From: Macrostomum lignano
Taxonomy: Eukaryota
DNA: 64,000 bases
Reading direction: 5' to 3'
Assembly: GCA_002269645.1 (NCBI GenBank)
Contig: NIVC01003098.1
Location: forward strand, 55,489-119,488
Made by a program: the position numbers and the translations under genes. Under the pieces are notes generated by a model, which did no database searches, had not been told where the DNA came from, and saw nothing but the letters and a program-made list of their open reading frames with translations. Shown here in pieces: positions 1 through 13,745 of the stretch. Within the stretch, counting starts at the first letter, position 1. The number at the start of each line of letters is the position of its first letter.

Positions 1-76
1 TCTCTTCGCTATTAGTTAAGGCACTTTGGCAATATAGGTTTTATTATACGTATTATTAAGATTATTTGTGTACATG

Positions 77-285
77 TACACCTTTTCACGTTCAATTTTG
101 ATCAAAGTCCAGTTCTAAAAAAACTAGCGGAAGTTCAATTCAGACTGGGGATAATTTTGTCTATGGCTAAACCTTGCTTCGGTGGCAGTATAAACAGAAT
201 GTTTTGAACTGGGGTTTGTTTTTATTGAATTTCCCCTAGTTTTTTAGAACTGGACTTTGATCAAAATTGAACGTGAAAAGGTGTA
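77..285. mobile_element. MITE with ~50-bp terminal inverted repeats, TA-flanked (Tc1/mariner-type)
   Basis: 77-127 TACACCTTTTCACGTTCAATTTTGATCAAAGTCCAGTTCTA7CTAG is the reverse complement of 236-285, with one A/T run-length difference. TA occurs at both ends. Confidence 0.75.
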
Positions 286-396
286 GTAGATCGCGATGAA
301 CTCAATATTACAAGAAGAGGATATTAATTTCTCCGCTGTACTAGCATTCCGTTGTCTTGTTTTGATACACTAATTTTTCGTTAAGTTTCACAGGCT

Positions 397-497
397 TCGC
401 CGAAGTGGTCATTTCATTCGCCGAAGTGGATTCTCCGAAATGGTCATTCGCCGAAGTGGCCTTCGCCGAAGTGGTCTTTCGCCGAAATGGTCAGCAC
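397..497. repeat. Short cluster of CGCCGAA(G/A)TGGTC motifs
   Basis: About 6 imperfect copies at ~16-19 bp spacing. Confidence 0.7.
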
Positions 498-2823
498 CCA
501 TCTTCTGCAGGCAGTTATCTACTAATGAAGTCTTTAAACATTAGAAGTATCTTGTTTTGAATTTCATCATTTTCTATTATCTTATCTTGAAAAAATCTCA
601 ATATCAACCACCCATTAAGTAAGTAAAATGTTTCTGCTATATTATACCCATAAATTGCACTACTTGAATTCCACACCTGGATCAATCCATAGCCATTAGA
701 AAATTGGTTCTGGTGCCAGAACTCTAGCCATTACCATAAAGTAAGAGAAAACACAGAGAAACACTGTTACCACAAAGAAACACAAATTAACAGAGAAACA
801 CCGTTACGCTATCATGTAATTCTAATTATTACAAGCCACTTGGCTCAATTTTTCGAGACTATGCCCTATTTTTATTTTAGCGATCCTATTTATTTCTCTA
901 ATTCGTATGGGCTTATTGCATTTACAAGGCTTTATAAAGAACTAGAACTACACTCATACAAATATTTGTTGAGCACTTGTAAACTTTCGACACGAAAATC
1001 GAGTTTTAAAATCTAATGCATTTGAGGACGGGGGTTAAATCTCTTTCTTAATTGACTGTGGGTTGCGATTAGTAGTAGTAGTAGTAAGTAAGTTGCCTCA
1101 GCGATTTCGCTCGCTTTTCAGCCGTTCAAATCGGTGCTGTTTCCGACGATTCAAACAAACTCGGGCGAAGATCTCGGCTTGCAAATGAAGGGGAGCTCCG
1201 GCTGCTAAGTTCCTCAGGCTCAGGGGGGTAGCTCATGTGGTCGCGGCTGAGCGGTCTAGTTTTGCCGACAATCAGAATGCCGAATGCAGAAATTGTAGCC
1301 GATACGGGAAACTTAAGATAAACTAATTTGTCCAAAGTGTTACTGTAAGTAGTAGTGCGCTGCCACCACCGCGGATATTCGCGGGAAAAGCTCTAAAGCT
1401 CAAAATTTTCTCGCATTTGCCCTAGAACTTCTCTTGAGAGACCACTGAGGGTCGAATAAAGTGCTTCCGAATAAAGTGCGAATAAAGTGCTTTCGGCTAA
1501 GACACCGTTTAACACACAAATTAGATTAGTTAGCTGGCTTAAGTTAGTTGGCCAGAGAAAACTGAATATTAATTATTATTGACGGTTGATTATTGGACAC
1601 AGACTACAAGCAATTAACTATTATTATTTTAGTTAAGTTAGATTAGGCCGTGGTCAGTCAGTCGGGAGGGGAGCTGTTCTGGTCTGGAGTCTCGGGCTTA
1701 CACGCAGGGTCCCTTCGAATATCTGGAGCTCGGAGTGAGTTCGGGGTGAGTTCAAACGAGAAGGGGGTTCCAGTCGAGAGTCTGGCTGGGAAAAGGGGGG
1801 CGCAGACTCTTAAATAGCGCTCTCATGAGCCACTGGGAGGAAAGGGGTTACCCCGGGTGGGAAGAGAGTTACAGGCAATGGAAATTGTTTTGTACCTTAT
1901 TTCCGTGATTCGTGAGTGCAGAGTCCTTCTACTACAGTGGTCCTCGGAAGGTACTCTTTAACCTATTGTAAGTATAATATAATTTCAATGTATACAAGTT
2001 ACTGCATACATTGTATTATACAGTTATTGCATACAATCTCGGGCTTATGAAAAAAAGTCTAGCATTTACATTCACGTAATTTCTACGAACGCACAATATC
2101 AATTTAAACATTTTCGAGATTTGTCCCCTTTGACAAGGGCTCAATTTATCTCATCAATCCCATAGCGTCTCTGACAGCGTGCTTGAACTTAATTACTCGT
2201 ATAAAGAATCAAAGAAACTACACAAAAAGAAACGCAAAAACTTAATATTATTAAATGATTAGTGACAAGCGCTATTAAGCAACAGAATAATATTGATAGT
2301 TATAGCTGTTATATTGCTTATATTTAGTAATTAAAAATTAGCCCTATTCGAGGCGAAAAGACCCTTGGAGTTGCGTGTGGAAAAAATGAATGCTTTATAC
2401 TTTAATTATTAACCAATTGATCAAAAATGTTTACTAAAACATACGAGTATCTATATTATTAGTGATAGCCAATAATCGTATCATATCGCAAAAAGACAAC
2501 GACGACATTAATATGCAGGAAATGTGTGTTGAAAACAAAAAGGGGCGCCAAAAAGTAGGCAAGAAAATTAGACAGAGAGATAAAGAGCTTACATTTTGCA
2601 AATTAGTCAGAAACAGTTTCTAAAAATTTATTCACGTCACGGGTTCTGATTTTTTAAAGCGAGGAATATATATGAACCATGATGATACAGTGTAGGCATA
2701 AGCCGTCTAAATCTAAGCGAAAAACTGTTGCTATGACCTACTAAACTGTCACTTCGCATTCTTCTTGATTCAAGTTTGTTGCCCGCCTTAGCAACCGCGT
2801 GGAGATTCAAATCGAATCAAAAT

Positions 2824-5800
2824 TCACTCTTTGGGGTCTTCTTTAGCTTCGTCGCCCTCCTTTTCATCTGGAACGAAGTTAAAGGTTAGAAGGATATTAA
2901 GCCGAAAGCTGCTAGCCTAATTCAGACAATCCTCTAGCGTAATTTAGTGTAATCTCCCCTTCAGATAATCATCTAGTGTAATCTCCCCTTCAGATAATCC
3001 TCTAGTGTAATCTCCCCTTCAGATAATCCTCTAGTGTAATCTCCCCTTCAGATAATCCTCTAGTGTAATCTCCCCTTCAGATAATCCTCTAGTGTAATCT
3101 CCCCTTCAGACAATCCTCTAGTGTAATCTCCCCTTCAGATAATCCTCTAGTGTAATCTCCCCTTCAGACAATCCTCTAGTGTAATCTCCCCTTCAGATAA
3201 TCCTCTAGCCTAATCTCCTCTTCTGATAATTCTCTAGCCCAACCTCCTTTTTAGATAATCCTCTAGCCCAATCTTCGCCTTAGATAATCCTCTAGCCCAA
3301 TCTCCTTTTTAGATAATCCTCTAGTGCAATCTCCTCTTTAGATAATCCTCTAGTGCAATCTCCTCTTCAGATAATCCTCTAGCTTAAATGTCTTCTTTAG
3401 ATAATCCTCTAGCCCAATCTCCCTTTCAGGTAATAATCCTCTAGCTTAATCTCCCCTTTAGATAATTGCACCTTCTCCGCGGTCCATATCGGACGTCCAC
3501 AGAGTGAGATTATCGCGCAGCAGCTGCATAATGAGGGTGCTGTCCTTGTAGGACTCCTCGGACAGGGTGTCCAGCTCGGCAATGGCGTCATCAAAAGCGG
3601 TCTTGGCCAGTTTGCAGGCCCGATCGGGCGAGTTAAGAATCTCGTAATAGAATACGGAGAAGTTGAGAGCCAGGCCGAGCCTGATGGGGTGCGTGGATGG
3701 CAGGCTGGAGGCGGCCAGGTCCGTGGCGGACTTGTAGGCGGTCAGGCTGTTCTCGGCCGCCTCCTTCCGCTCGGGCCCGCTGGCGAACTCGGCCATGTAG
3801 CGAAGATAATCGCCCTTCATCTTGTAGTAGAACACCTTGGACTCCTCGGCTGTGGCGCTGGGGACCAGGTGGCTGTCCAGCACGTCCAGGATGTCCTCGC
3901 ACACCTGCCAGGGTGAATATAGATGGTCACGGCGATTTTCTTTCGCTGCATCAGCATCCAATTTTATATAGAAGCTTCAAATTTTACAACCCAAAAACTA
4001 CGCTCAGCATAAATCCTAAAGCTTCAGAAGGCCTGAAACTACCACAGTAAACTGTCTCGCGATATGGATCCCGGATGCCAAATTGACATCCTGTTTTTTT
4101 CCCAAGCTGGATGCCAATGTAATTAAAGTTCCGCATTTTTTGCCATTCATATTTCATTTGTAGTATCAATAGTTTTTTCAATAATTGAAGATTGCAAGAC
4201 TTCCATCAATAAATTGCTAAATCTGAATGATCTGTAAACGTGGAGTCTGCAGACTTCTGGATGCTGGTATTTTATTAGATTTTGAACTTTTTTGCAAGAT
4301 CTTACTTATCTCAAAGTTTGGAATCAGACTGCAAAATGGCACAGCACAGCACAGTCCTGCATCTTGGCGATCTGTCGCAGTCAAGTGCTTAGCAGTGCAG
4401 TGACAAGTCCACAAAGAAACAGACCTTTTTAAGCTCGGCTTCAACTTGGCTAAGAAACTTTTTGGTCAGTTCAGCTTTGTCCGAGCTGGCACGGCGCTCC
4501 TCTTTCTGCTCGATGCTGTTGAGAATGCGCCAGGAGGCCCGCCTGGCCCCAATCACATTCTTGTAGGCCACGGACAGTAGGTTGCGCTCCTCGATTGTCA
4601 GCTCAACATCCATCATGGCAACAGCTTTCATGGCCTCCACCATTTCTGTGGGGTAACATTAGTAGTGAGTAATAAAGGTTATTAATAGTAATAGCAATTT
4701 CTATCGATAATAGATTAAGTTCATTCATAATTTATACACGCACAACCGTCAGCCAACCTGGAATAAATTTATGGTAAACCAAGGGTAGGGAAGACACAAA
4801 ATTGACCAAATTACAACCTTTTTTTGGCTTTTTTGACAAAAATTGTGACAATATACTTAAAATTGATTTTATAACACAGATAAATTGTAATATTGTAATT
4901 GTATTATATTTCTAGGTTTACATTATATTATTTTCCTATTGTAGGCTATGGACATTTAAAATAGAATTGCTATTCTAATTAGGCCTACAAGTATAAAATA
5001 ATCCTTTTGGGAACTATAAAAGAATTGCTTTGTCATATAAAATACATGTAGAGGTCCACTATAACTATACCTAGATATGGCTATAGGGAGTTACAGAGAG
5101 ATTTTAGATAACATAGAGATATGCCATATGGATAGTTATAGGAATACAACTTTCTTATAACTAGTTCTCATAGTGAGTAGTAGGGGCCTAATATTGGCCA
5201 CATTAAGGCAAAAGACTAAAGCCCTTGACTTCATAGATAAAAGGTGGAGCAAAGGAAATTGATGAATGATACTAGTTTTAAAGCTTTTGTAAGAGGAACT
5301 CTTAATTCTACATAGTTAGGAACTTTAGCAATAGAGATTTTCAATGCTATATGCATAGCAATAAATGAGATATAGCTTTTGTTTTTTATTAATATATAGT
5401 GTGACATTGTTGTATTATTTCTGATTGTTAATTGCATAATTTTTACTAATACTAGCATACACTTTACTAGTGTACTTTATTGGTGTGACATAGTGACACG
5501 ATGAATTTTGCTATAGGTTGCATGCACTGTAGTGTTGACTCACTAGCAGTGGAGTTGTTATTGATCGGCTTAGAGATTGTATTTTACTCCACCCCACCCC
5601 ATGCGCGCGTTTGAATCTGTCTGCACCCACCACCTCAGTGCTAAATAATAAATGTGAACAGCCTAGCTCTCAAGCGAGCACCTTTTACTTACTCCTGCAA
5701 TTCCACACTTCTGCCTCGCTTAACAAAGTTATCACAATTGGCATATATACATGCCCAACACCCAGCCAATTCAACTGGGTAGTGAGGGCTCTGGCCAAGG

Positions 5801-8800
5801 TACTCGTAAGTTGCAAAAATGCCATCCCAAAAATACAGATGTAGTACAACTTAGATGATGGGGCACTTAGCCTGAATAATACAGTTATAATTACTCTTGT
5901 AATTTACCCAAAGTTACATTAAATTTTTGTTTCATGCATTTTTGGCCAAAAGATGCATAGCCAAATAAGATTTTGGGAATTGTCAAGTTATGTCTGTTAA
6001 TTTTTTTGATTCTAGGAAATTAATCTATCAGCTGTTTAAAGTAACAATAACTATTTTTAAAGGGCTTAAGCCTAGGTAAGCACTAATTCTACATTTCAAA
6101 ACTTGTTATAATGTATCTAATGCTAGAAAGCTACTATGCAAAAGTCTATGACCAAAATGTTTAATTTTTACTTGAATTAGTTCATATTGCACACACAAAA
6201 AAGAATAACTATATATTTATATTTATTATACTAGGAAATTCCAAACCATAGACATTCAGAAGATATACATGTTTTATACTATAGTACCATAGTATCTACT
6301 TATTACCACAACATACCAGGATGGAAAACTTGTAGTAAAAAATGCAATGCATTTTGCAATTAAGCTAAAAATGTGATTATGTGACATAACTTAAAAACAA
6401 AATAAGTCACAAAATTATATCTAAAAGTATAAATGTGCTTATTTATAAAGTGTGCTCAAGATATTGCATTACAAAATAGTAATGTTGCTAGTCTCAGTCA
6501 TGAAAGTGAAATAGGTCATTCCACAATAAGGTCCCATCATGTTTTTGAACTTTAATAAGCACTTGTAACTTTTAAACCATAATAGATAGAACAAAGCTAC
6601 AAAAAGCAATCTAGTATCAAATGGGTCCATGAAAATTGCCTGCAGGAGATTTGTCCACTGAGCTTTTCCTGCCAAGTTTTTTTCCTACCAAGGTTTGCCT
6701 GCAATGCTTTTTTTCTACAGCACATTTAGCCACATGGTATATTTTGTCTACATTGCCTCTGCAATGCTTAGTAAGTCTTAATAAAAAGATTTAACTGATC
6801 AAACATTTTGATAATAACTGCATATTTTTGGGGGAGGGACATTGCAGACAGAATCTAGCTGCCAAATATTCTATAGGAAAAAGCTTTGTAGGCAAATCTT
6901 AGTACGAGCTAGGAAAAGCTTGGCAAGCAAATTTTGATCTCTTGCAGGCAAATCTTTGCAGCTAATTTGTCTATGGACAATTTTCATGGACCCATCTGGA
7001 GGCATTTCTTGTGCTCTTGTATCAAGCTTCTAGTTCTATATTTTTGCTAATTATGAATTCTAAAACAACTGAACATATAGAAGAACATAAACTACGTTGA
7101 AAGTTGTTTTTACTACTAAACAACTTATTATCTCTTTGTTGGTATCATTTCATTCTATATATATTTGGCATTAGACACTTTGACAACTAGAAAAAAGATT
7201 GTAATGACTGGATTGCTAGTTTGATATATGATTTAAATGATATATATGTTTTGTCTTCTTATATCTTTCTAATAGGAATTGTCACAAATTTCAATAATAT
7301 AAACTAAAGGACTACCTTTTTTATAATTACTAGAAAAGAATATATCCAAATCAATAATATACATAACTATTTTGTTTTACTAATAAATATTTTTAATTTT
7401 CAAGTAATATAGATTTTGTTATTTTGCAATAATTATTTGCTATATCTATTGCTTGTTGCATTGTTTCTGTGCTTATTAATCATACAATTTTTATTGGTAT
7501 ATCATTTAATTAAACATTTAATTGGCATACTTTACTAGCATACACTTTACTAGAGTAGAATAGTTAATATAATCATTTCTTGCAGTCAAAATGAATTAAC
7601 AAATGGAATTTGACAATTTCTTAAATTTAGAAGTGGGGCATATATACTGGTATACATTTTACTTACTAGCCAAATACTTTCTGTCTTAGGCTATATAAAA
7701 CATAATCTATAATATAGACTAGGCCTAAACTCCTTACAAATGCTTTTAGCTCTAGAAATCCTTCTAGGAAAGGATTTTTCCCTAGAATAATTTTTTTATT
7801 TGTTGCTTTTATTTTTAGTACTCCTATATAGTTTTAGTTCTAATATAAAAAGGAATCTTTTTGACATTTTTCTTCTTTGTCATTTTCAGGTTTCTATGTC
7901 AGTATATCTTAATGAATTCCCAACTTCTTAAGTCTTATATTATATATAATATTTTTTGTCAAATTTTACATTTGTTTTTACAAACAAGCAAACTACCTTG
8001 GCTTAATCTAAAAATAGCTTTAAGCAGCATTGACTGTTGGACACAATTAATAAAAATCTTAACTTCCATTAATGGCAAAAGCATTAGCATTACAACAAAA
8101 ATATTAACTTATTAACTCTTAATTTTGTTAAATTAACAGAAAATTAACTGATAATCATTAATAAACATTAATCTATTAAAGTTAACATAAAAAAGACAGA
8201 AATCTTGCACTTTTTTTAAACAGACTTCCACAATGCACTGTCTTTGCTTTTCCACCTTTTTAGCAAAACACGGAGGTTATCTAAGGGATTTAGAAGCTAA
8301 AAAAGAATAAATATTAATTTTTTTTAAATGTATATATAATACTACAAGTACTAAAAGTAAGCATACGGTAAAAGAAGTAACTTGTTTATTTGAAACTTGA
8401 AAGCTAATTAGTTAATAATAAAAATATGAATAGGAAGGTTGTATCAATAGCATTGATAGGCGCAGCAGAAATTATGGAAGATTAGGAAAGAAGTGAATCA
8501 AAGTGATTGATGCTCACATGCAAGCAATAGAGTTCACAATTTTAATTCATTATTAAAGTTTATTAGTAAGAAGTTGTTACATTTGCATGATCACCAATAA
8601 ACAAAAAGATACATTAGGGATTTAGGTAAATTTGAATACATTTGCAATGTTGTAACTTCTCGTCAGACTTATATTTTTGTTCTTTCTTTGCATCTTGGGT
8701 CATTGACATTGTAATTAATGTTAACCATGAATTTGTCATTAATGCACAAAATTATTAGGCTTAATACAAATTCATTAATCTGTTAGTGCAAAAAATCTTA

Positions 8801-9169
8801 ATGGCAGTCTGTTAGCATTAATAAAAAATCTTAACGCTTATTATTACTTATTAACAGATTAACGCTTATAAACGGACTGGTGCCCAACACTGGCTTTAAG
8901 ACTTAAGCTTCCAAAAAAGTATCAACATACATAGGACACAAACTAACACACACATACACATATATGTGCACATACACATACACGTTGACATACAATATTT
9001 ACATTAATTAGATTGAAAATACTAATCTAAATACAAAACTAAATTCAGTACAATACTAGACTCAAAGTCTGAGGTAAAAAAACAAACTTACAAACTTACC
9101 ATCATAACGTTCGGCCTGCTCAGCTAGCTTGGCAAAATAAACTCGATCTTCACGGTCTTCATGCGCCAT
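2824..9169 (-). CDS. YWHAE: 14-3-3 protein, epsilon-like (4 coding exons, 255 aa)
   Basis: Exons (minus): 9169-9100 ([23 protein letters not shown], donor GTAAGT), 4645-4425 (EMVEAMK...[22 protein letters not shown]...ELKK), 3904-3472 (VCEDILDVL...[11 protein letters not shown]...[19 protein letters not shown]...[22 protein letters not shown]), 2867-2824 ([14 protein letters not shown]). All introns are GT-AG and phases are consistent; 768 nt total. Candidate AATAAA at 2632-2627. Confidence 0.96.
2925..3466. repeat. 29-bp minisatellite filling 14-3-3 intron 3
   Basis: Unit AGATAATCCTCTAGTGTAATCTCCCCTTC, ~18 copies. Confidence 0.95.
6621..6995. mobile_element. MITE-like element with 18-bp TIR in 14-3-3 intron 1
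   Basis: ATGGGTCCATGAAAATTG (6621-6638) and CAATTTTCATGGACCCAT (6978-6995) are exact inverted repeats. No clear TSD. Confidence 0.55.
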
Positions 9170-11794
9170 GAGTTTAAACTAAGTAAAATAAAAGCTACAG
9201 GCTTGTAGAATGCTCAGTATTTTGCTGGTTAGTTAATTAGTGCTAGTGGATTAAAACGTTTAACTCGCGAAAAAAATTTAATATAATTTGGAAAATTACC
9301 GTCCTTTTCAATTCAAATAGCTGCCATAACTAATAGTCTCGAATCATTGTAAACAAATGAAATAGAGGAAACGCACACATTTAAAGCTAAAAATTTGCTC
9401 AGTATATTTTTTGCCAAAGTCTTTAGTATTTTATTGATTTTCGTAACACTAAAAAATAAAAATAAAAAATTAATACGCTCTGCGTGCTAAAGACTATTAT
9501 ACAAGGCTGAAATTTTCTGACGAACCGCTGCCGCACAAGCAGCAGATCCTCCTGCTATCACTGATATTAATTTATCTCAGCGGTTTCTTTTGACTCAATG
9601 ATTGATCTGGAACGAGGAACTGCGACATCGGTGTGCTTGCCTGAGCTGCCTTTCGTTATGTGAGGGCAGCACAGCTAGGTCTTCCCTGTAGTATTAAGTT
9701 TGTACAGAGGATACAGCGTTGCTACATGACGTGGAACACAAGCTGGAAGCTTCCTGCAAGATCGGTGACGAAAAAATCAGCGATCGACGTGGCCCCGGCA
9801 CGTGGGCACACTTAAATTACAACGTGACCTGAAACGTCACGCCATCTACTACATGTACATCGCATCATGTAGTAGATAATGTAGTAGATAATGTACATCG
9901 CATCATCGCATCATGTGGTAGTAACCTGGCAATGACTGATACAGGAGATCCTGCTTTTGGCGCTGGATAAAAATAACTCGGCTTTGTGAAATTTTTTTGG
10001 GTTGATGAATTACATGTATTTGTAACATGTGACTACATGTACATGGTACATGTATTATGCAAGTGATGTACATGTACGCTGTATTAGAACCTATATACAG
10101 TTTGCGTCCTGTACGAGAATTTTTTGCGTTGACACATCCGACTACACGTACCAGGGGTCGACAAACTCCCGCAAGTGAAAGCGTCTCTCTATATCCGGCA
10201 TGGAAAACTAAAGTATGTACTAACGCGTACAGTGTATAGGGAGCAGCATCCTAGAAATGTAGCTTTTGCCTGTTGTCTGGTAAGAAACGTATTTGTCGTA
10301 TCGCCCATGCATTTACATGTACATGCAATATAGTATGCTCAGGAGAGATAGAAATGCGATTTTTCTCAACCGAATTAGTCCTTTTGCAATCAACTTCATT
10401 CAGCGCTAAATGCATCTCTAGAGCAAGAGAATTGAGTAGATTTTCAAAAAGGAAAACAAAAAACTTTTGCTTAGCTATTAGATTATATAGTTGTTTTTTC
10501 AAGCAATTAAATGAAAAAACGCATTTAACGTTTATTTACTGATAAGTTTAGTCTAAAAATTAAAATTGAAATCATAAATATTTATGCCAAAAGAATCGAT
10601 CAGATTTGTCTGCTAGCAATGCACATACATATGTACAGCATTAGTCAGGCTATAAACCAGCAAGTCTATCAACTAATACTAATAAGTAATCACTTACCGA
10701 TCTGATTTCAGTTGTTTCGATAGAGTAAAATTATACAGTTTAAAGTATCCATGAAGTAAATGTTGGTTATTACAAATGAGTCGAAAAATTATATAGTAAT
10801 GGCAAACAATTAGGATCATCATAATAAATCAACCGTAAGTTGTAATAAATGGATTCAAACCGCAGACAGGTTTGTCTAAAATGAATTTAATTGCAAAAAG
10901 TTCAGTAAATATTATTCCTACAGCCAATTAGCCAAATCCATAAATTAGGGTTAATAACATAGATTTACAGACTTTAAGCTATAGACTGGGCGCATCAATT
11001 AAGTCAATGTAATTGAACCGATTAAACCGTATTAATGTTTGATACCAAAGCTATAATGTGGCATAGACTGGAGTTTGATAGATCATAAACTTTTTGACCA
11101 GACTGTATAGTATGAGTCAGAAACAGGTTGGGCCATAGACTATAGGGTTAATAAACAGGTTGGGCCATAGACTGGGGTTGGAAGCTTAACAAACCATATT
11201 ACGTTTGTAAACATAGATCTTAGACATTCAACGAATTTATGAAGCCAATTAGTTCAATAGCTCAAAATCAATAATCATCGACTCTTCGAAGTTTTTCAAC
11301 ACAGAGGAACAAAAATCTATCTCGACCAGCAAAAAGATAAAAATATTTAGAAACTAGGCAATAAAGGAGTACATACAAGAACAAAAAGCCAAATTAATAT
11401 AATATGTTAAAATCAAACATATACCTTTACTATCACATATATTAATTTATGAAACGCAGATAGGTCGCAGATAATTAATTGATTTATAATTGCGAAATAC
11501 GTGAACAATATGTTTATCTTTGCGGAAAATCAAGCGGCCAGGTGAAACACAAGTGTTATACTGTACGTATTTAAGCATTTATTTAGCTGTTTATTTTGTC
11601 TTATCAATTTTTATGAGATAGAAAAAGTTCCGATATTTTGGGTCAAAACTTAGTTAATCAGCAAAAAAGCAAATCTACATGAATGAGAGCAGGTCACTTA
11701 TGTTACAGGTGAAAAATTATGACGTTTAAATAAATAAATAAATAAAAGTCACTGTCTCTAAATATTAAAACTTTTGTCAAAGTAGTCGCATCTT

Positions 11795-12482
11795 GGTAGC
11801 CTAGTCTGAGTATCTGGGTAGCCTTGTCTGGATATCTGGGTAGCCTAAGTCTGAGTATCTGGGTAGCCTTGTCTGGATATCTGGGTAGCCTAAGTCTGAG
11901 TATCTGGGTAGCCTTGTCTGGATATCTGGGTAGCCTAAGTCTGAGTATCTGGGTAGCCTTGTCTGGATATCTGGGTAGCCTAAGTCTGAGTATCTGGGTA
12001 GCCTTGTCTGGATATCTGGGTAGCCTAAGTCTGAGTATCTGGGTAGCCTTGTCTGGATATCTGGGTAGCCTAGTCTGGATATCTGGGTAGCCTAGTCTGG
12101 ATATCTGGGTAGCCTAGTCTGGATATCTGGGTAGCCTAGTCTGGATATCTGGGTAGCCTAGTCTGGATATCTGGGTAGCCTAGTCTGGATATCTGGGTAG
12201 CCTAGTCTGGATATCTGGGTAGCCTCGTCTGGGTATCTGGGTAGCCTAGTCTGGATACCTGGGTAGCCTCGTCTGGGTATCTGGGTAGCCTAGTCTAGAT
12301 GTCTGGGTAGCCTAGTCTGGGTATCTGGGTAGCCTAGTCTAGATGTCTGGGTAGCCTAGTCTGGGTATCTGGGTAGCCTAGTCTAGATGTCTAGGTAGCC
12401 TAGTCTGGGTATCTGGGTAGCCTAGTCTAGATGTCTAGGTAGCCTAGTCTGGGTATCTGGGTAGCCTAGTCTGGGTACCTAA
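11795..12482. repeat. 22-bp minisatellite with 45-bp dimer sub-array
   Basis: Unit CTGGGTAGCCTAGTCTGGATAT; the first ~250 bp alternate 22- and 23-bp variants. Confidence 0.95.
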
Positions 12483-12989
12483 GACATCAGTCTATTGGTT
12501 TACGAACTATCAAGTAAAAGAATTCAGTCAGCTTAGCTTGTTTAGTTGAATCTTTGAAAGCATAAAATTATTTTCTTATCAACAGAATTGCCAACGCCAA
12601 TAATGATAATAAAAGTGGTACAAAGCAGTTATAACAAAACGAAAGATAGACTTTATTGCGTCGTAAACGGTTTGCTCGTAACCGTAAAAAATCAATACTC
12701 TAAATTAATTAAATAGACAGCCAAGGTCAAGAAAGAATCGATTTAATCTTTTTACATTAATCTGTCTGCATCTGATGCGGTACAAATATTGTTGCTAAAA
12801 TACTCAACAGCAGCCAAAATAAGATGTGAAAAACAGTAACTTATTGAAAGTGCGAAATTCAGAAAACAAGGCAGGACATCTGCAAAGGCTAAATAAGTAT
12901 GGATAGCAGATAGTGAAATAATAGTCCAGCACAAAATCCGAAATGCCAAAAACATCAGATTAGAATAGCAGGTCACGGTTATTTAGCGT

Positions 12990-13745
12990 GCTCATAGATC
13001 ATGGAGCTACTGCTCATAGATCATTAAGCTGCAGCTCATAGATCATTGAGCTACTGCTCATAGATCATTGAGCTACTGCTCATAGATCATTGAGCTACTG
13101 CTCATAGATCATTAAGCTGCAGCTCATAGATCATTGAGCTACTCCTCATAGATCATTGAGCTACTGCTCATAGATCATTGAGCTACTGCTGATAGATCAT
13201 TGAGCTACTGCTCATAGATCATTGAGCTACTGCTCATAGATCATTAAGCTGCAGCTCATAGATCATTGAGCTACTCCTCATAGATCATTGAGCTACTGCT
13301 CATAGATCATTGAGCTACTGCTGATAGATCATTGAGCTACTGCTCATAGATCATTGAGCTACTGCTCATAGATCATTAAGCTGCAGCTCATAGATCATTG
13401 AGCTACTCCCCATAGATCATTGAGCTACTGCTCATAGATCATTGAGCTACTGCTGATAGATCATTGAGCTACTGCTCATAGATCATTGAGCTACTGCTCA
13501 TAGATCATTGAGCTACTGCTCATAGATCATTAAGACTAATGCTCATAGATCATTAAGGCTACTGCTCATGGATCATTAAGGCTACTGCTCATAGATCATT
13601 AAGGCTACTGCTCATAGATCATTAAGGCTACTGCTCAAAGATATGAAGCTACTCCTCATGGATCATTAAGGCTACTGCTCATAGATAATGAAGCTACTGC
13701 TCATATATAACGAAACTACTGTTCATAGATCATGGAGCTACTGAT
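12990..13745. repeat. 22-bp minisatellite with 132-bp higher-order period
   Basis: Unit GCTCATAGATCATTGAGCTACT; variant units recur every 6 monomers. Confidence 0.95.

Noticed and set aside
1338-1873. Solo LTR (TGT...ACA ends, TATA-like motif, repeated GAATAAAGTGC)
   Set aside because: No target-site duplication, PBS or PPT could be matched, and there is no second copy in the window.
2890-2897. ATATCCTT (AT-AC U12 donor-like) on the minus strand in 14-3-3 intron 3
   Set aside because: Lies about 25 nt before a normal U2 acceptor, with no upstream exon or matching branch/AC; probably chance.
3409-4050. Alternative-frame and antisense ORFs over GC-rich exons (also 14800-15142, 21774-22214, 23110-23429, 57380-59829)
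   Set aside because: Shadows of real coding exons caused by high GC and codon bias.
8030-8892. hAT-like element (right end CAGTGTTGGGCAC)
   Set aside because: The left end matches only partially and there is no 8-bp TSD.
9850-10080. Cluster of TACATGTA palindromes upstream of 14-3-3
   Set aside because: Low-complexity, irregularly spaced, and a common motif in invertebrate genomes; no specific function can be supported.
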